Shown in pieces: positions 1 to 11,694 of a stretch of DNA of 64,000 nt. Made by a program: the position numbers and the translations under genes. The notes below the pieces were generated by a model. It saw nothing but the letters and a program-made list of their open reading frames with translations, ran no database searches and was not told the DNA's origin. Positions within the stretch are counted from its first letter, which is position 1; each line of letters begins with the position of its first letter. The DNA is from Naegleria gruberi (lineage: Eukaryota), in NCBI GenBank assembly GCA_000004985.1, contig GG738858.1; one strand, 5' to 3'.

Positions 1-80
1 AATTGAAATTCATTCTTGAAACTTTCAATACTATCTGCAAATAACTCCTTCTAAACATTTAAAATTCATTATTGGAAATT

Positions 81-608
81 TCAAGAATTTACAAAATCAT
101 GAAAATGCACAAAAAACACAAAACTTACCCACACATAAGTATTAAAATTCTCCAAATATTTAAAAAACTGTTCCTCACTAACGAGACCATCACCATCACC
201 ATCCAAATCTTTCATCAATTCTGGGAGTTTACTCTTATACAATTCAGTGAGCATGAAAATCTCTTGAAATCTTGTCTGATACCTTTTTTGAAGAGAAGGA
301 TCAATGGATCCTGCCCTCGTCTTTCTCAATCTTTTCTGATTTTCCAAATCTTCAATACTCCTATTATGAATTGCATTAATCAAATCGAGAAGAAATTGTT
401 TAATTTCAACATCTTGCAAATAATTGTCTCCATCAACATCATATTTTCTCCATAATGTTTCAATTCCCTTCCTCGATATGAACAAGTCTCCTTCTCTATA
501 TTTACCATTCTCCACTGCATGATTTTTTAATTGTTCATCATCCTTCTCCACAAATTGTCTCATCTCCTCCGAGGTTGACAGTGTTACTATTGATGATGAA
601 TTTCCCAT
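81..608 (-). CDS. EF-hand calcium-binding protein with an N-terminal MGNSSS N-myristoylation motif (calcineurin-B/NCS-like)
   Basis: ATG start confirmed (atgggaaattcatca on the minus strand). Two clear EF loops (DVDGDNYLQDVE, DLDGDGDGLVSEE). Gly2 and Ser6 follow the initiator Met. The overlapping plus-strand ORF 72..455 is low-complexity antisense. Confidence 0.7.
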   Translation of the reverse strand: MGNSSSIVTLSTSEEMRQFVEKDDEQLKNHAVENGKYREGDLFISRKGIETLWRKYDVDGDNYLQDVEIKQFLLDLINAIHNRSIEDLENQKRLRKTRAGSIDPSLQKRYQTRFQEIFMLTELYKSKLPELMKDLDGDGDGLVSEEQFFKYLENFNTYVWVSFVFFVHFHDFVNS

Positions 609-1298
609 CTTTGTTGTGATTTTTCGGTTAGTTGTTGTTCTTCTTCTTGTGATTTTGAAAACTCTTAGGCTAGGAGTTAAAAAAGATCAATCGTTAATGA
701 TGATGCAACCAACACACTAAAATTAGAAGTGGAGAGGAGAATTAAAGCTTCTTTTTTTTCTGTTGTGGATTTCTAGTTGGAGGAGTTTTTAATCGGTTTA
801 ACAAAATATCTGTTCGCACTAACTTGTGGATGTTGTTGATAGATCTGGATTTTGTTAAAATTGGGATTTGAATTTATCGTATTGTTCAAGAGTGTGAATG
901 GCACCAGTGAAGGTAGAATGGATTCAAAACGTGGTTGGTAGTTTTGGTTTGAAGGTGGTGGATGAACTGGATTGGTTTTTTTGGGATCGTTTCTAGATTG
1001 TACAGGTGGCTTTGGTTGCTTAGTGTGAGTTCTTGTTGTTGGCCTTGTTTATGGGTCTTTTAGCCAAAGTGAAATAATCCTTCCATAATTATTCTTCTTT
1101 ATTTGTTCATTGGCTTTACGGTGAAAGGGGCACCAAACTTTTTGAAAATGCAATTATTAAGGCCATGATAGTCACGTTGAAAGAGGTCTTATTTTGTTCA
1201 TTAGAATATTTGTTTGTAATTGTAAAGAATTTCAAAAAAGTGATAGAATTATCAGATAAATACAAGAGTTTTATGAGGAAGGTTGTGTACAAGTGGAT

Positions 1299-2066
1299 TT
1301 AATCTCTTTCAGCGAGAGCATTCAAAACAGTGTCAATTTCCTCAGATGACAATACTTTGAATTTACGATCTTCTCCAGAAACAATACAAACTTCAATATC
1401 AGCAGATTTGAGTTCAGAACTCAAAACACTTTGCAAACTACTGACAGTAAGTTGAACAGTTTCTTGAGTTGATAAGGCACATTCACTACCATCTTCGTTT
1501 TGTTTGATATCCTTCAACTTCTTTTCCAAAAAGTTTTGAGCTTCAGTTTCCTTTTGTCCAGCACTTGTTGCAAAATATCCAGCATAATAACCTGCAGGAT
1601 CGATCTTATACAATTGTGGTTCCTTTGTTTCTTCGTCAACACCAATTAACATCATGACAACACCTTGTGGTCTGATACCAGCATATTGAGTAAATAATTG
1701 AGCATTATCGGCCATTCTCTTGGCAAGGTAAGACACTGGAATTTCATATCCGAATTTGAAATGGAAAGAAGCAGCTTCATATCTGGCTCTTTGAACATTA
1801 ACTCTGGCATCAGCAATTCTACCAGTCATTACACATCCAATACGATCAGTGATTTTAAATACATGTGTTACGGATTCAGCTTTCAAGAGTTTATCAGGAA
1901 CTTTCTTTTGAGTAACAATACAACAAGAGTCTTTACCACGGACACCAATAGTAGTAATACCAGGTGTCTTTACGGCCTTAAAGGCATATTCAACTTGATA
2001 AAGTCTTCCTTCAGGAGAAAAGACAGTGATAAAACGATCGTAACCTGATGATGATCCACGAGACAT
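1299..2066 (-). CDS. PSMA6: 20S proteasome subunit alpha type-6 (alpha-1)
   Basis: Protein MSRGSSSGYDRFITVFSPEGRLYQVEYAFKA... is collinear over its full length with PSMA6 as I recall it. ATG confirmed. Intronless. Confidence 0.9.
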   Translation of the reverse strand: MSRGSSSGYDRFITVFSPEGRLYQVEYAFKAVKTPGITTIGVRGKDSCCIVTQKKVPDKLLKAESVTHVFKITDRIGCVMTGRIADARVNVQRARYEAASFHFKFGYEIPVSYLAKRMADNAQLFTQYAGIRPQGVVMMLIGVDEETKEPQLYKIDPAGYYAGYFATSAGQKETEAQNFLEKKLKDIKQNEDGSECALSTQETVQLTVSSLQSVLSSELKSADIEVCIVSGEDRKFKVLSSEEIDTVLNALAERD

Positions 2067-2292
2067 TTTTTTATATTGTTTTCTATTGATAATCTATTTT
2101 TAATTCATCATTTCCAGCTTTAAATTTTTTGATCCAAGTCAAATACAACCATCATCAAATGAATTAAACTTGTTAATCCATTACGTAAGTATAGAAGATT
2201 AACAATATCAAAGAATAGTTGATAATTTTCAGTACGATGGGATGAGAGGAAAATTGTTTAAATCCTCATCTTATTTATTATTTTAAAAGAAA

Positions 2293-3606
2293 ATGCTCAA
2301 CACGAAATTTCGTATTAAATTTTCCACGATCAAACAATCAATAATAACCTCTAACAATAATGTTCTTTTAAATTATATTCTTCATAGTAATAATAATAAT
2401 AACCAAATTAGATGTAATCATCACAGATCTGTTCAATCTCCACCTTGGACAAAACAATTTTCAAAGGAATGGATAGTGGATATGAAAACTCCATGTTTTG
2501 TTGTGGATTTGGAGAGATTTGAGAGAAATTGTCAAAATATGATCAAGAAGGCTTCTGATTGTGGGATTTCATTGAGACCACATGTTAAAACTCACAAAAC
2601 ATTGGAAGGAGCAAGGCTACAAACAAAAGATATGCTAGAGAGAAAGATTGTTGTTTCAACATTGGCAGAGGCTGAATTTTATGGTTCCGATATGTTCAAT
2701 GATATTCATTATGCTGTACCTATTTCTTCTAAAAGTAAATTGGAACAAGTTGCAAAATTAACACAAAATCTCAAAGCTTTTCATATTGAGGTTGATAATG
2801 AAGATTCCTTGGATTTAATTGAGGATTATGCTAAATTGAATAAGGTTAAATTTTCACTGTTTGTTCAAGTTGACTCTGGACAACATAGAATTGGTGTAGA
2901 TCCAAATAGTGAGGCATCTGTTGAATTAGTGAAGAGAATACATAATTCTCCATATCTCTCATTTGCAGGACTCTACACACATGCTGGACATTCATATGGA
3001 TGCCAAGGGGTTGAGGAAATTAAAGTAGTAGCAAGGGATGAAGCAAAAATTATCTCAGATTTTGCAAGAAAGCTCATTAGTGTCGGAATTAAACCAAAGA
3101 CTGTTGCTGTGGGATCAACACCAACTTGTTCGATTGGTTCAAGAGATGAATGGAAGACTAGTGATAGTTTGGTAAATGAGCTTCATCCTGGAAATTATGT
3201 ATTCTTTGATTATATGCAAACAAAGATTGGAAGTTGCAGTGTTGACGATTGTTCTGCATATTTAGTTTCGAGTGTTATTAGTACTAGACCAAGTAAGAAT
3301 CAATTAGCTATTGACTGTGGAGCATTGTCTCTCAGTAAGGATGTTGGAGTTTCATCATCAGGAAACGCATCATATGGACTGATAATGGAAGATGAATCAT
3401 TACAACTAACAGGTCTCACTCAAGAAATTGGCATTGTGACAGGTGATAAACCAATCGATTTTAACAAATTTAAGGTTGGCACTAAGATTACAATCATTCC
3501 TAATCACAGTTGCCTTGCCGCTGCTTTATTTGACAAGTATTATGTTGTGGATAATTCTACAGATTTGAATTTGGTTGCTATATGGAAAAATGTTAGGGGA
3601 TGGTAG
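2293..3606 (+). CDS. D-serine dehydratase-like / alanine-racemase-N-domain PLP enzyme (DSD1 / D-threonine aldolase family)
   Basis: PLP-lysine motif PHVKTHKT is present, with the fold-type III PLP-enzyme signature spread over the ORF. ATG at 2293. The poly-N N-terminal extension may be a targeting sequence, or the true start may be at the internal Met (MKTPCFVVDLERF). Confidence 0.65.
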   Translation: MLNTKFRIKFSTIKQSIITSNNNVLLNYILHSNNNNNQIRCNHHRSVQSPPWTKQFSKEWIVDMKTPCFVVDLERFERNCQNMIKKASDCGISLRPHVKTHKTLEGARLQTKDMLERKIVVSTLAEAEFYGSDMFNDIHYAVPISSKSKLEQVAKLTQNLKAFHIEVDNEDSLDLIEDYAKLNKVKFSLFVQVDSGQHRIGVDPNSEASVELVKRIHNSPYLSFAGLYTHAGHSYGCQGVEEIKVVARDEAKIISDFARKLISVGIKPKTVAVGSTPTCSIGSRDEWKTSDSLVNELHPGNYVFFDYMQTKIGSCSVDDCSAYLVSSVISTRPSKNQLAIDCGALSLSKDVGVSSSGNASYGLIMEDESLQLTGLTQEIGIVTGDKPIDFNKFKVGTKITIIPNHSCLAAALFDKYYVVDNSTDLNLVAIWKNVRGW

Positions 3607-3869
3607 ATGATAATTCTTTCACAAAGTTTCTAATAATGAACTTGTTCCTTCTCTTTGTCAGGCATTTACTTGTTAATTAAATCCCTTCATTCTCTTTAAA
3701 TATAATTCAATATTATTTTGGATTGGAAACGAACTGGTCCATCTGCACAAACTATAATGCATTCCCCTTAATTATGTTGTACATTTGCACTTTTTCTGGA
3801 AAGCGTGTAACATTTTAATGACAGCATTCAAGGTATGAATAAACTCTTGGGTTGATAAATTAATATTTT

Positions 3870-5400
3870 TTAATTGCTTTTAATAGGTCTAACAGACGAC
3901 AGTGAATCATAATCAATTTCCAAATCATCTTGATCATTTCTGAATACACACGATGTGAATTCATGATCTAGTAAAACATCATTCATAGTGTAAGAAAATC
4001 GTGCTTGGACATTTGCTGACGTAGCTTCATCAACAGCTTCCAAGCAGGCAATAATTTCAGTATTCTTACTAGTTTTCAATTTTCCATTTACCAAGTAAGG
4101 GTAAAGTGGTGATTCAATGGTAATAAAATGTACAACAGTGTACGGTAAACACAACAGTGGAGTTGATAAATCAATATCCATAGACTTTCCTGCTTGGTTA
4201 TTGATTTGGAAGTAGAGTTCTGAAACAACAGGATAAGTACCAACTCTCTTCTTTCTTCTCCAAAATGTGCTTAAAGCTGTAGTTTCTTGATCTTCGGAAT
4301 TTCTGTATAATTCAGCTTCCTCTACAACTGTTTCATTACTGTCAGCTATCTTGGGTTTCATTCCTGAAGATAATTCAACAAACTGCTGAACAACTCCCAC
4401 ATTAGATCTTTTAAGATCTAAGTTTTGGTGTTCCATAATCCGTTTAGCATGGTTTGTATTTACCCTTTCATGCTCATGTCTTTCATCTTCATTCTTCCAT
4501 TCAATGAATAGTAATCTCAGTTTGGTCGCAATAAATTGAGTTTTTCTCGAGTTAATAAATCTGAAAATCAAATACATTGGCAGAGTTTCCTTAAACGGTT
4601 GTGGTGGTATTATTGCTTGTTGAGCTCTTTGATTTACATCATTAAATATATCTTGTTTTGAAAAATATCCAATATGATTAATTACAGCATTCTTGCTGAA
4701 TAAAATTCTTTTCCTTAGTTTAGTAGGTCTAGAAAATTTAGCGACACTCAATGTAACGACAATTGTCGAAGTAAAAAGTCCTAAAAATGATTGTAAAACA
4801 ACCAAAACATTAGCATAGATGGATTTTGGATAGAGACCTCCATAACCAATTGTAAACATTGTTTGAACTGAAAAGAAAAAACATTGTAAAAAAGCATATG
4901 CTGTATAATCTCCTTCATCAAAATCAGGATTCAATCCACCAATAGTATCTTTACCAGCAACAAAATATGCCAATGCAAATACCAAATGGAGAATTAAATG
5001 AGACAAAATTATTAAAATTAGTAATTTCCACCAAGACCTATATATTGAATTTCATCATAAATTAACAATTCCACAAATGTTTCTTCATTAAAACATACCA
5101 AGATATCAAAAGGTGATACACTGATGTCAGATTCAATAAACTGCTCCTAATAACGTGTTGATTTTTTCTTCTCACTCTGTAGTGATTGGTTTTTCTTGAT
5201 ACTAATCTCGGTAAATCACGAACAAACGTTGGATAAGAAGACAAATGAACAGGACCTGTTCCTCCACTACTATTGTGATGAATATCTTCATTAGTCTTTG
5301 ATGTACTCAATTCAACCTTCTCCTCTCGAACATCATCCACATCCTCATAATCATCATCCTCTTTAAATTTACGGAATGCTTCTTTAATTCGTTTTATCAT
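3870..5400 (-). CDS. Inward-rectifier (Kir)-type potassium channel, 2 exons
   Basis: Exon 1 is 5400..5099 (ATG at 5400, phase 2). The 61-nt intron 5098..5038 runs gtatgt...tatatag. Exon 2 is 5037..3870. The splice joins ..HLLIS-W-SWWKLLILI (M1 helix) in frame. The selectivity filter is TIGYG, followed by M2 and a Kir-like post-M2 segment (FSKNAVI). A TGA lies in frame 7 codons upstream of the exon-2 ORF, so the track's TTG start is not real. Confidence 0.6.
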
Positions 5401-5848
5401 TTTGTCTCTACTCTCTCAATATATTTTCCAACAAGTAAATTGGTGCAACGCAATTTTGAGAAGAGTGAATAAAGGATTTCTCTCGAAAAGTGTTGATGTA
5501 TTTTTTTATATGAAAGGCTTCTGGTATGATGAACAGACCAAACAAAAAGAAGGTTTTCCAAATTAGAACGAGTTTAATATTTCAAATATAATTTAAATAA
5601 AATTTAATGATATTTAATAAATATTAATTATTATTATTTTGTTATTATTTACAAGGAAAGTTAACCAATTTTGAAATTATTTACAAAAATAATTCACTGT
5701 AGCGAGATGATGAAAGAAGAGAGCAAACAACAAACCCTAGAATGTAGTTATTACTTCGTTACTAATAAAAACGTTTTTTAAATTGGTGATGATGAATTAT
5801 TAATCAACATCAATTAACGAATATTTAGTGTACTGATGAAGATAAAAA

Positions 5849-6226
5849 TTACAAGCCTAGAGAAGCGTTTGGAAAGGAAGAACCCGATCTAATACGATGT
5901 CTAATACGTGATGGAATAAACGTTGCGCTCTTTCCTCTCGATTTTACTGATGATTTTGTATTAGTGTTATTGTTATTGTTGTTGTTATTACTCTTATTCA
6001 TCAATAAGGATTGTTTTTTAATATTGGCAATAATTTCGTGTGCTTGGAGCGGATTTATTTCCTCACTTTCATCATGAAGAAGAGAAGGACGGATGAAGGT
6101 AGAATAATTAGCAAATTGATGATGGTGATGATTAAATAATTGTTTGGTGGTTGAGGTTGTACAACTGTTGAATTGCACTCGAAGCGAAAGCTTTCCAGAT
6201 TTGAACATTTTTTTGTAATAATGCAA
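5849..6226 (-). CDS. Small low-complexity hypothetical ORF (poly-N, poly-H); doubtful
   Basis: The only support is an open frame in the 3' flank of the villin-like gene. No recognizable domain. Confidence 0.15.
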   Translation of the reverse strand: MHYYKKMFKSGKLSLRVQFNSCTTSTTKQLFNHHHHQFANYSTFIRPSLLHDESEEINPLQAHEIIANIKKQSLLMNKSNNNNNNNNTNTKSSVKSRGKSATFIPSRIRHRIRSGSSFPNASLGL

Positions 6227-6370
6227 TAAAAATATCTTTAGCTGGTTTTTGATTGAGGATCAACGATAAGGTTCAACCCTATTGAATTGAATTGGAATTT
6301 GTCTTTTATAATTAATTACTTTGAATGGAAGTTTATTTTTTAAATTTTACACTAATCTCATAATTGAAAC

Positions 6371-9300
6371 TTATTGAATCTTGTTGGTGACAATGAATTT
6401 GAATAAATCGCTGGCAAATGATTCGAAATGAGAACCAAAATCAATGACTTCTCTATATTCCTCTTCCAATTGTTCCAAATTATTCATGAGCATCATGTAA
6501 TTATTGTTACAGAGACGTGCAAGTTTTACAATGTGAACCATATTGTGCACATTGACAAATTCATCATTAGTAATGAGGAAAGGATACTTTTCTCTGATAA
6601 TTTGAAGGAATGGCAATGATTTGGCAATTAATTTGCTTTCACTTTCCTTTTCCTTCTTGAGAGTGTCTTCGTGTTGATCGACGTAGTGTTTCTCTGCTCT
6701 CCAAACTGGGAAACCACTCTTGAATTCTTTTGGTTCGAGTCCTCGTTCAACTTCATAAACTACAACTGATCTTGGGAATCGTGGAATTTCAGGAGCTGTT
6801 TCTTCACCTTCATACTTGTTAAGAGATTGAATGGTCTTGTTGTTAATTTCGAGTTCTTCTTCGGTTGGTTCTTCACCTTCTTGTGGTTTTGATTTTTCGT
6901 CTTCTTCAATTTCTTCATTCAAATCTTCTTGTAAAAGTGTGGCAACACCCTTGAGAACTAGTTGTCTCAAGGCAGTAGATGGAGTACATGGATACCAAAT
7001 AAAGATAACCTCAGAATAGTCGACAATCAAGATTTGATGTGAATTATTCAAATCTTGTTGTAAGAATTGTTGACCAACTTCACCAACACTCATTAATCTG
7101 AATTCATTATTTTGAATAATGGAACATTCCATGACTATACCTCTTGGATAGTTCAATCTTTCAGTAACATAATCAACATATTGATTATCGGATTCAGGGA
7201 ACAATTCCCAGAATTCTTCTGGTTCGAAACCTTCATCAATGGCAGAGACATCTCTGTTTCCAATTAAAGATTGGGCAAGTTTGAAGGCAATTTCCTTCTT
7301 CTTACCACTCGAGTAAATACCAACCCACAAATAGGCAGTTCTCAAGCCCAACAAGATATAGACATCATTTGAATTCAAATTGGTTCTCTTCTTTTCAACT
7401 TGAATGGCCTTTGAATTTCTAACAGTCTTACAATAGATTCTGTAGAGGGCAGAAACTGAACGCTTATTAGACATAGAACCATTGTGAATGGTCATGATAT
7501 GTTCAAAGATCTTCATAAAGTGATCGTTTTCTTTACCTTCCTTTTGAGTAACAATCTTAGCTGGATTGATTGGATCAGAGGCAAAGTTTTGGAAGTTTCT
7601 CTTCAAAATACGAGCACTGACAACTTGCTTACTTTCAGAACCTTCCCAACAATAGAGAATTCTTCTTGGAAGATAGAAAATCTTCTTCTTCTTAATATTG
7701 AGTGGTTTAACAATGAGTTGTTCCTCTTGTTCTTCTTGTTCTTCTGGTTCTTCTTGCTTCTTAATTTCATACTTTTTCTTTGGAACAACAACAGGTGCTT
7801 CAGCTTCAGAAACCTTAACACCCATACCATCAATGAGTTTCATTCTAGCTTCCAATGAATCGGAATCATCAGATTCATATCCCTTATATTTAGGTTCTGG
7901 ATAGTAATCATCTTCTGGTACTTCTTCTTCAGGTGGGGCTTCTCCTTCCTCTTCTTCATCTTCATCAGCGAATTGATCAGAACGATTCCATTCATAGAGA
8001 ATCAAGTAACAATCTTCAGAGTAAAAGTTACCCAATTCTTCTTCTGGAACTGGTTCAGCATAGTTGGCATCGACAACTCTCCAAATTTGAACAGTACCTG
8101 TACCTTCATCATCAGGATCAACATAATCCAATTTTTCCTTATAATCAAAGTCTTCAACCTTGATATCAATTTCTTGCTTATCAAATTCATCATCACAAAT
8201 TGTTGCCAATTCTCTTCTCTTCTTTTCATAAATTTCTGGGGTATCATACAAGTAGAAACCAAGTAAGAATCTCTCTCTGAATAAAACAGGTTCAGAATCA
8301 GAGAAACAACTGTGAGTTTCAAAAATATCAGGTGTGGATTCTTGAATGGTTTTAGCCAAAGCTTCACCACACTTTCTATCAACATATTTGGATTTCTTAC
8401 CAAACCATATATAAAGTTCACTCTTTGTTTCCAACAAGTAAACCTTTTCTTCGTCCAACATGTCACGTTTCAATTCACCAGCAGCAACTTTGGCAATATC
8501 ATACTTTTTATCTTCGACTGAGAGAACAGAAACACTGAAAAGGGTTGCAGCATCTTGTGAAGCATCAGTCTTTTCATGAACAATACCATATTCAGTGAAA
8601 GTTTGAATAATATCAGGATATTCAGATTCTTGACCTTGTGAAATAATTTTAACTTCACCTTTTCCTTTTCTATCATCGTGAATAATGTTACGAGCAACAT
8701 CGACACCTTTCAATTGTTCAAGCTTACTTGCTTCACTTCCAATCCAAACATAGACATTTTCTTCATTTTCAATAATAAAAACATCCTTATTGGATGATTC
8801 TGATTGAATTTCCTTGAGTGAAAGTGGAACTCTCTTTACAAGTAAACGACGTTTGTGATCGGCATCAACTTTCATTAAACGTGGTTTGAAAGCAGGTTTT
8901 GTAACTTTGAGCAAAGTTTCTTCAGTTGTGTTCATATCTCTATATTCAATGTGATGATCAAAATATTCGAGGAAATCCTCAGATTCATCTCTTTCTTCTT
9001 CTCTATAGAGAGAAGCTTTAATTCTCTTTGCCAATTCATCAGCCAAGAAGGCACAAACAGCTTGTTTCATAGTATTGGCATTCTTACCAATCCAATAGTG
9101 AATCCTCTTTAAACGATGTTCATCATCTTGAGCTTCAAAAGCATAAACACAAATATAACAATCAGATGAATTGAATTTTCCATGTTCTTCTTCAGGTACT
9201 TGAATTGGAATCATTTTCACAAGATGATAAATAGTTAAACCAGCACTTTCACCTGCACCCTCAAATAATTCATCCTGATTCAAGATAATATCTGGAGTTT

Positions 9301-9715
9301 CCAATGCTTTATCTAAATCCATCTTTTCTGCAACATCATCAACCAAAATTGATACACGTGAGTGCATTTCCTTTATCGAACGCATCACACGAATGGCTGT
9401 GGAAAATTTAGTAGCAGCTGGTTTCTCTTCAGAAGAAGAAGAAGTTTCTTTACCAGCAAATGTACTCATTGATTTCTTCAAATTTTTCATGGCTCCTCCA
9501 AAAAGTTGTTTTCTAGCTGCTGATCGATTGACAAGAGGTGAAGTGGTTGAAGTGGCAGCTGCAGCTGTGGCGACCACTTGAGGTGATTTATCATTTGTTG
9601 TTGGTTTCTCTTCTTCATCATCTGATGAGGAAGGGTTATTGTTATCTGTTTCTTCCTCATCACCTCCGTAGATGGCTGCCAATCTTTTACGTTCAAGTTC
9701 TTGTACGGATGACAT
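6371..9715 (-). CDS. Villin/gelsolin-family actin-binding protein with multiple gelsolin repeats, an acidic/Ser-rich N-terminus and a headpiece-like LKKEK segment
   Basis: Gelsolin-repeat signatures recur (e.g. GLTIYHL..., SSDCYICVY..., LHSWIGKNA...). The track start at 9775 is GTG. The first in-frame ATG is at 9715 (caa atg tca tcc = QMSSVQELERK). An apparently intronless ~1115-aa ORF. Confidence 0.65.
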   Translation of the reverse strand: MSSVQELERKRLAAIYGGDEEETDNNNPSSSDDEEEKPTTNDKSPQVVATAAAATSTTSPLVNRSAARKQLFGGAMKNLKKSMSTFAGKETSSSSEEKPAATKFSTAIRVMRSIKEMHSRVSILVDDVAEKMDLDKALETPDIILNQDELFEGAGESAGLTIYHLVKMIPIQVPEEEHGKFNSSDCYICVYAFEAQDDEHRLKRIHYWIGKNANTMKQAVCAFLADELAKRIKASLYREEERDESEDFLEYFDHHIEYRDMNTTEETLLKVTKPAFKPRLMKVDADHKRRLLVKRVPLSLKEIQSESSNKDVFIIENEENVYVWIGSEASKLEQLKGVDVARNIIHDDRKGKGEVKIISQGQESEYPDIIQTFTEYGIVHEKTDASQDAATLFSVSVLSVEDKKYDIAKVAAGELKRDMLDEEKVYLLETKSELYIWFGKKSKYVDRKCGEALAKTIQESTPDIFETHSCFSDSEPVLFRERFLLGFYLYDTPEIYEKKRRELATICDDEFDKQEIDIKVEDFDYKEKLDYVDPDDEGTGTVQIWRVVDANYAEPVPEEELGNFYSEDCYLILYEWNRSDQFADEDEEEEGEAPPEEEVPEDDYYPEPKYKGYESDDSDSLEARMKLIDGMGVKVSEAEAPVVVPKKKYEIKKQEEPEEQEEQEEQLIVKPLNIKKKKIFYLPRRILYCWEGSESKQVVSARILKRNFQNFASDPINPAKIVTQKEGKENDHFMKIFEHIMTIHNGSMSNKRSVSALYRIYCKTVRNSKAIQVEKKRTNLNSNDVYILLGLRTAYLWVGIYSSGKKKEIAFKLAQSLIGNRDVSAIDEGFEPEEFWELFPESDNQYVDYVTERLNYPRGIVMECSIIQNNEFRLMSVGEVGQQFLQQDLNNSHQILIVDYSEVIFIWYPCTPSTALRQLVLKGVATLLQEDLNEEIEEDEKSKPQEGEEPTEEELEINNKTIQSLNKYEGEETAPEIPRFPRSVVVYEVERGLEPKEFKSGFPVWRAEKHYVDQHEDTLKKEKESESKLIAKSLPFLQIIREKYPFLITNDEFVNVHNMVHIVKLARLCNNNYMMLMNNLEQLEEEYREVIDFGSHFESFASDLFKFIVTNKIQ

Positions 9716-9891
9716 TTGGTTTGATGACTTTTTTTTGTGATTGTGATGGACAGTTGATTGGAGAAACCCAAGCACAGCAGTGAAGATGTTGAAACAGAAG
9801 GGTTAATTGACTGAAGAAACTCAAGTGAAAGTATTAGAAACATGTCAAATACAAATTTTAATGGATTAGTAAGGGTGTTCAAAATTTCTTC

Positions 9892-11569
9892 CTAAATAAG
9901 CAAATATGATATGGAAACTATCAGTAGAATAATTAAATAAACATTATTCGAAACAAACGAAAGTGAGGCCGAATTACAATTACAAATATTAATTCCCTTA
10001 CAATCTGGATCCATAACTTTTCCACATTGACAATCACATCCATCATTAGCATTCCAAAAAGATTTATCACAAGTCCACTCATCTGGTGCATCAGAGTATT
10101 CGTATTGACAAACGCCAGTGACATTATGACATCCACTCACAAACTTTCCTCTCACCTTTGGACAATTATTAATTTCAAAGAGTTTAGCATTGTCACAATC
10201 TGGATCATATGCTCCACATCCACAATGACATGATTTACCATCTAAATATTGAGAGGGTGGACATGTCCACTCTGACGGAACAGTTACCAATTGATTTTCA
10301 ATATTTCTTGAGGATTTTCTTGCAAGATTTTCTTCAGAGTAGAGAAAGGTTGTGTTAATTGACTCAATTAGTTGTGGAGAGGTTGTATTGTATTGGTATC
10401 TTTCAACTAGATAGGCAACTTCTTCACCAATTGACTCTTCATATCTGTAATAAATTTTCACATAATCATAAGATGATCCATCAATCCATGCACCTGTATT
10501 GACATGTAAAAATTGAGCACCTGATTTGCTTTCCAGTAATTTTAAAAGTGGTTTATGCGTATGACCCATCACCACAATCTTATCTTGTTTTGGATCGGTT
10601 ATTCTGGTCAGAATTGGTGAATAATCATCACAACTAGCTCTGACCATATCATTCACTTCACCACTTGTATAATTAGCTGTATATCTAGTTCTCAAATATG
10701 AGTATTTTCTATTGGCCAACTCAACTGTAACATCACAATTATCACAATTACCCCAAAAACAACCTCCCTTAAAGACAGTTGTACTATTGTAGGGATAATC
10801 TCCAAATGCCTTCTTAATGGCAGAAACATGAAGAACATCACCCCAAGTACCAGTTGCAAAGTTTCCAATGAAATAGGCCAAGAGTGAACAAAAGTTTTTC
10901 AATACACCTGGAGCTGATGTTACACCACTTGTTATGGAAGCTCTGGCAATGTAATAACCTATATCAAGTTATGTGAAATTGTTGTTACAAGGATGTCTCG
11001 AAGGACTTACCTAGTGGACGAATATTATCTGGATGTGGTGCATTGAAGAAATCACGTTTGTGTCCATGTTCAAATCTTACACCTGTATCTGAATATTCAG
11101 TCTTATAGAATAATCTATCAAATGCATATTCATTTCGTAACATTTCCAAATCAGAATTGGATATTTCCATATCGTGATTTCCTTGAGTAAGAACTACTCT
11201 TGCTTGATTGAAATCTGAGGCAGCTCTTAGTGCTTGAAGGATTTTCTTAATATCTGCTCCGAATCTTTCCGTACTCACAAAGAGTTCTGTATTTTTAATT
11301 GGCATTTCGTCTACTTTATCCAACCAAAATTCAAAGAAATCACCATTAATAACAATATTAGTAAGAGGAGGACCATTCTCTCCTCTTACCTTTGATTCCG
11401 TTCTTGCCAAATCATAGAGGAATTGCTTTAAATTATGTCTCGACTGTTTAGTTTGAAACCAAGGTCCTCCTATATGCAAATCACTCACAACAATAGTTTG
11501 CCTGTGTGCATGAATAATGATGACATGGATGACAAACAAAATGAAGAATAGGATAGCTCGTAATATCAT
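9892..11569 (-). CDS. Secreted calcineurin-like metallophosphoesterase with a C-terminal Cys-rich (C.CGCG..DPDC x2) module and a hydrophobic tail, 2 exons
   Basis: Exon 1 is 11569..11011 (signal peptide MILRAILFFILFV; GDxxE/GNHD motifs), ending CCA CTA G|gtaagt. The 52-nt intron is 11010..10959. Exon 2 is 10958..9892. Its in-frame upstream extension GYYIARASITSGVTSAPGVLKNFCSLL continues into the ORF with the MGHTH motif. The phase-1 junction was verified codon by codon. Confidence 0.65.
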
Positions 11570-11694
11570 CGTGATGAAGTTGATGTTGTTTTTTTCAAAG
11601 TCTTCTTCATAAAATATTTAACATGTGACATTTTCAATTTAAAATAACATTAAAATTCTTTGGCGGGAAATTTTCCGTTAAAAAGTTGAAAAAA

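Noticed and set aside
1698-2048. Plus-strand 116-aa ORF antisense to the proteasome alpha-6 gene
   Set aside because: It lies entirely within a well-supported conserved CDS on the other strand, is low-complexity, and has no independent signals.
6428-9783. Numerous 60-150-aa ORFs on both strands inside the villin-like gene (for example 7484..7858, 8002..8466, 9538..9783)
   Set aside because: They are antisense or off-frame shadows of a long AT-rich CDS. Several are F/L/S-rich nonsense.
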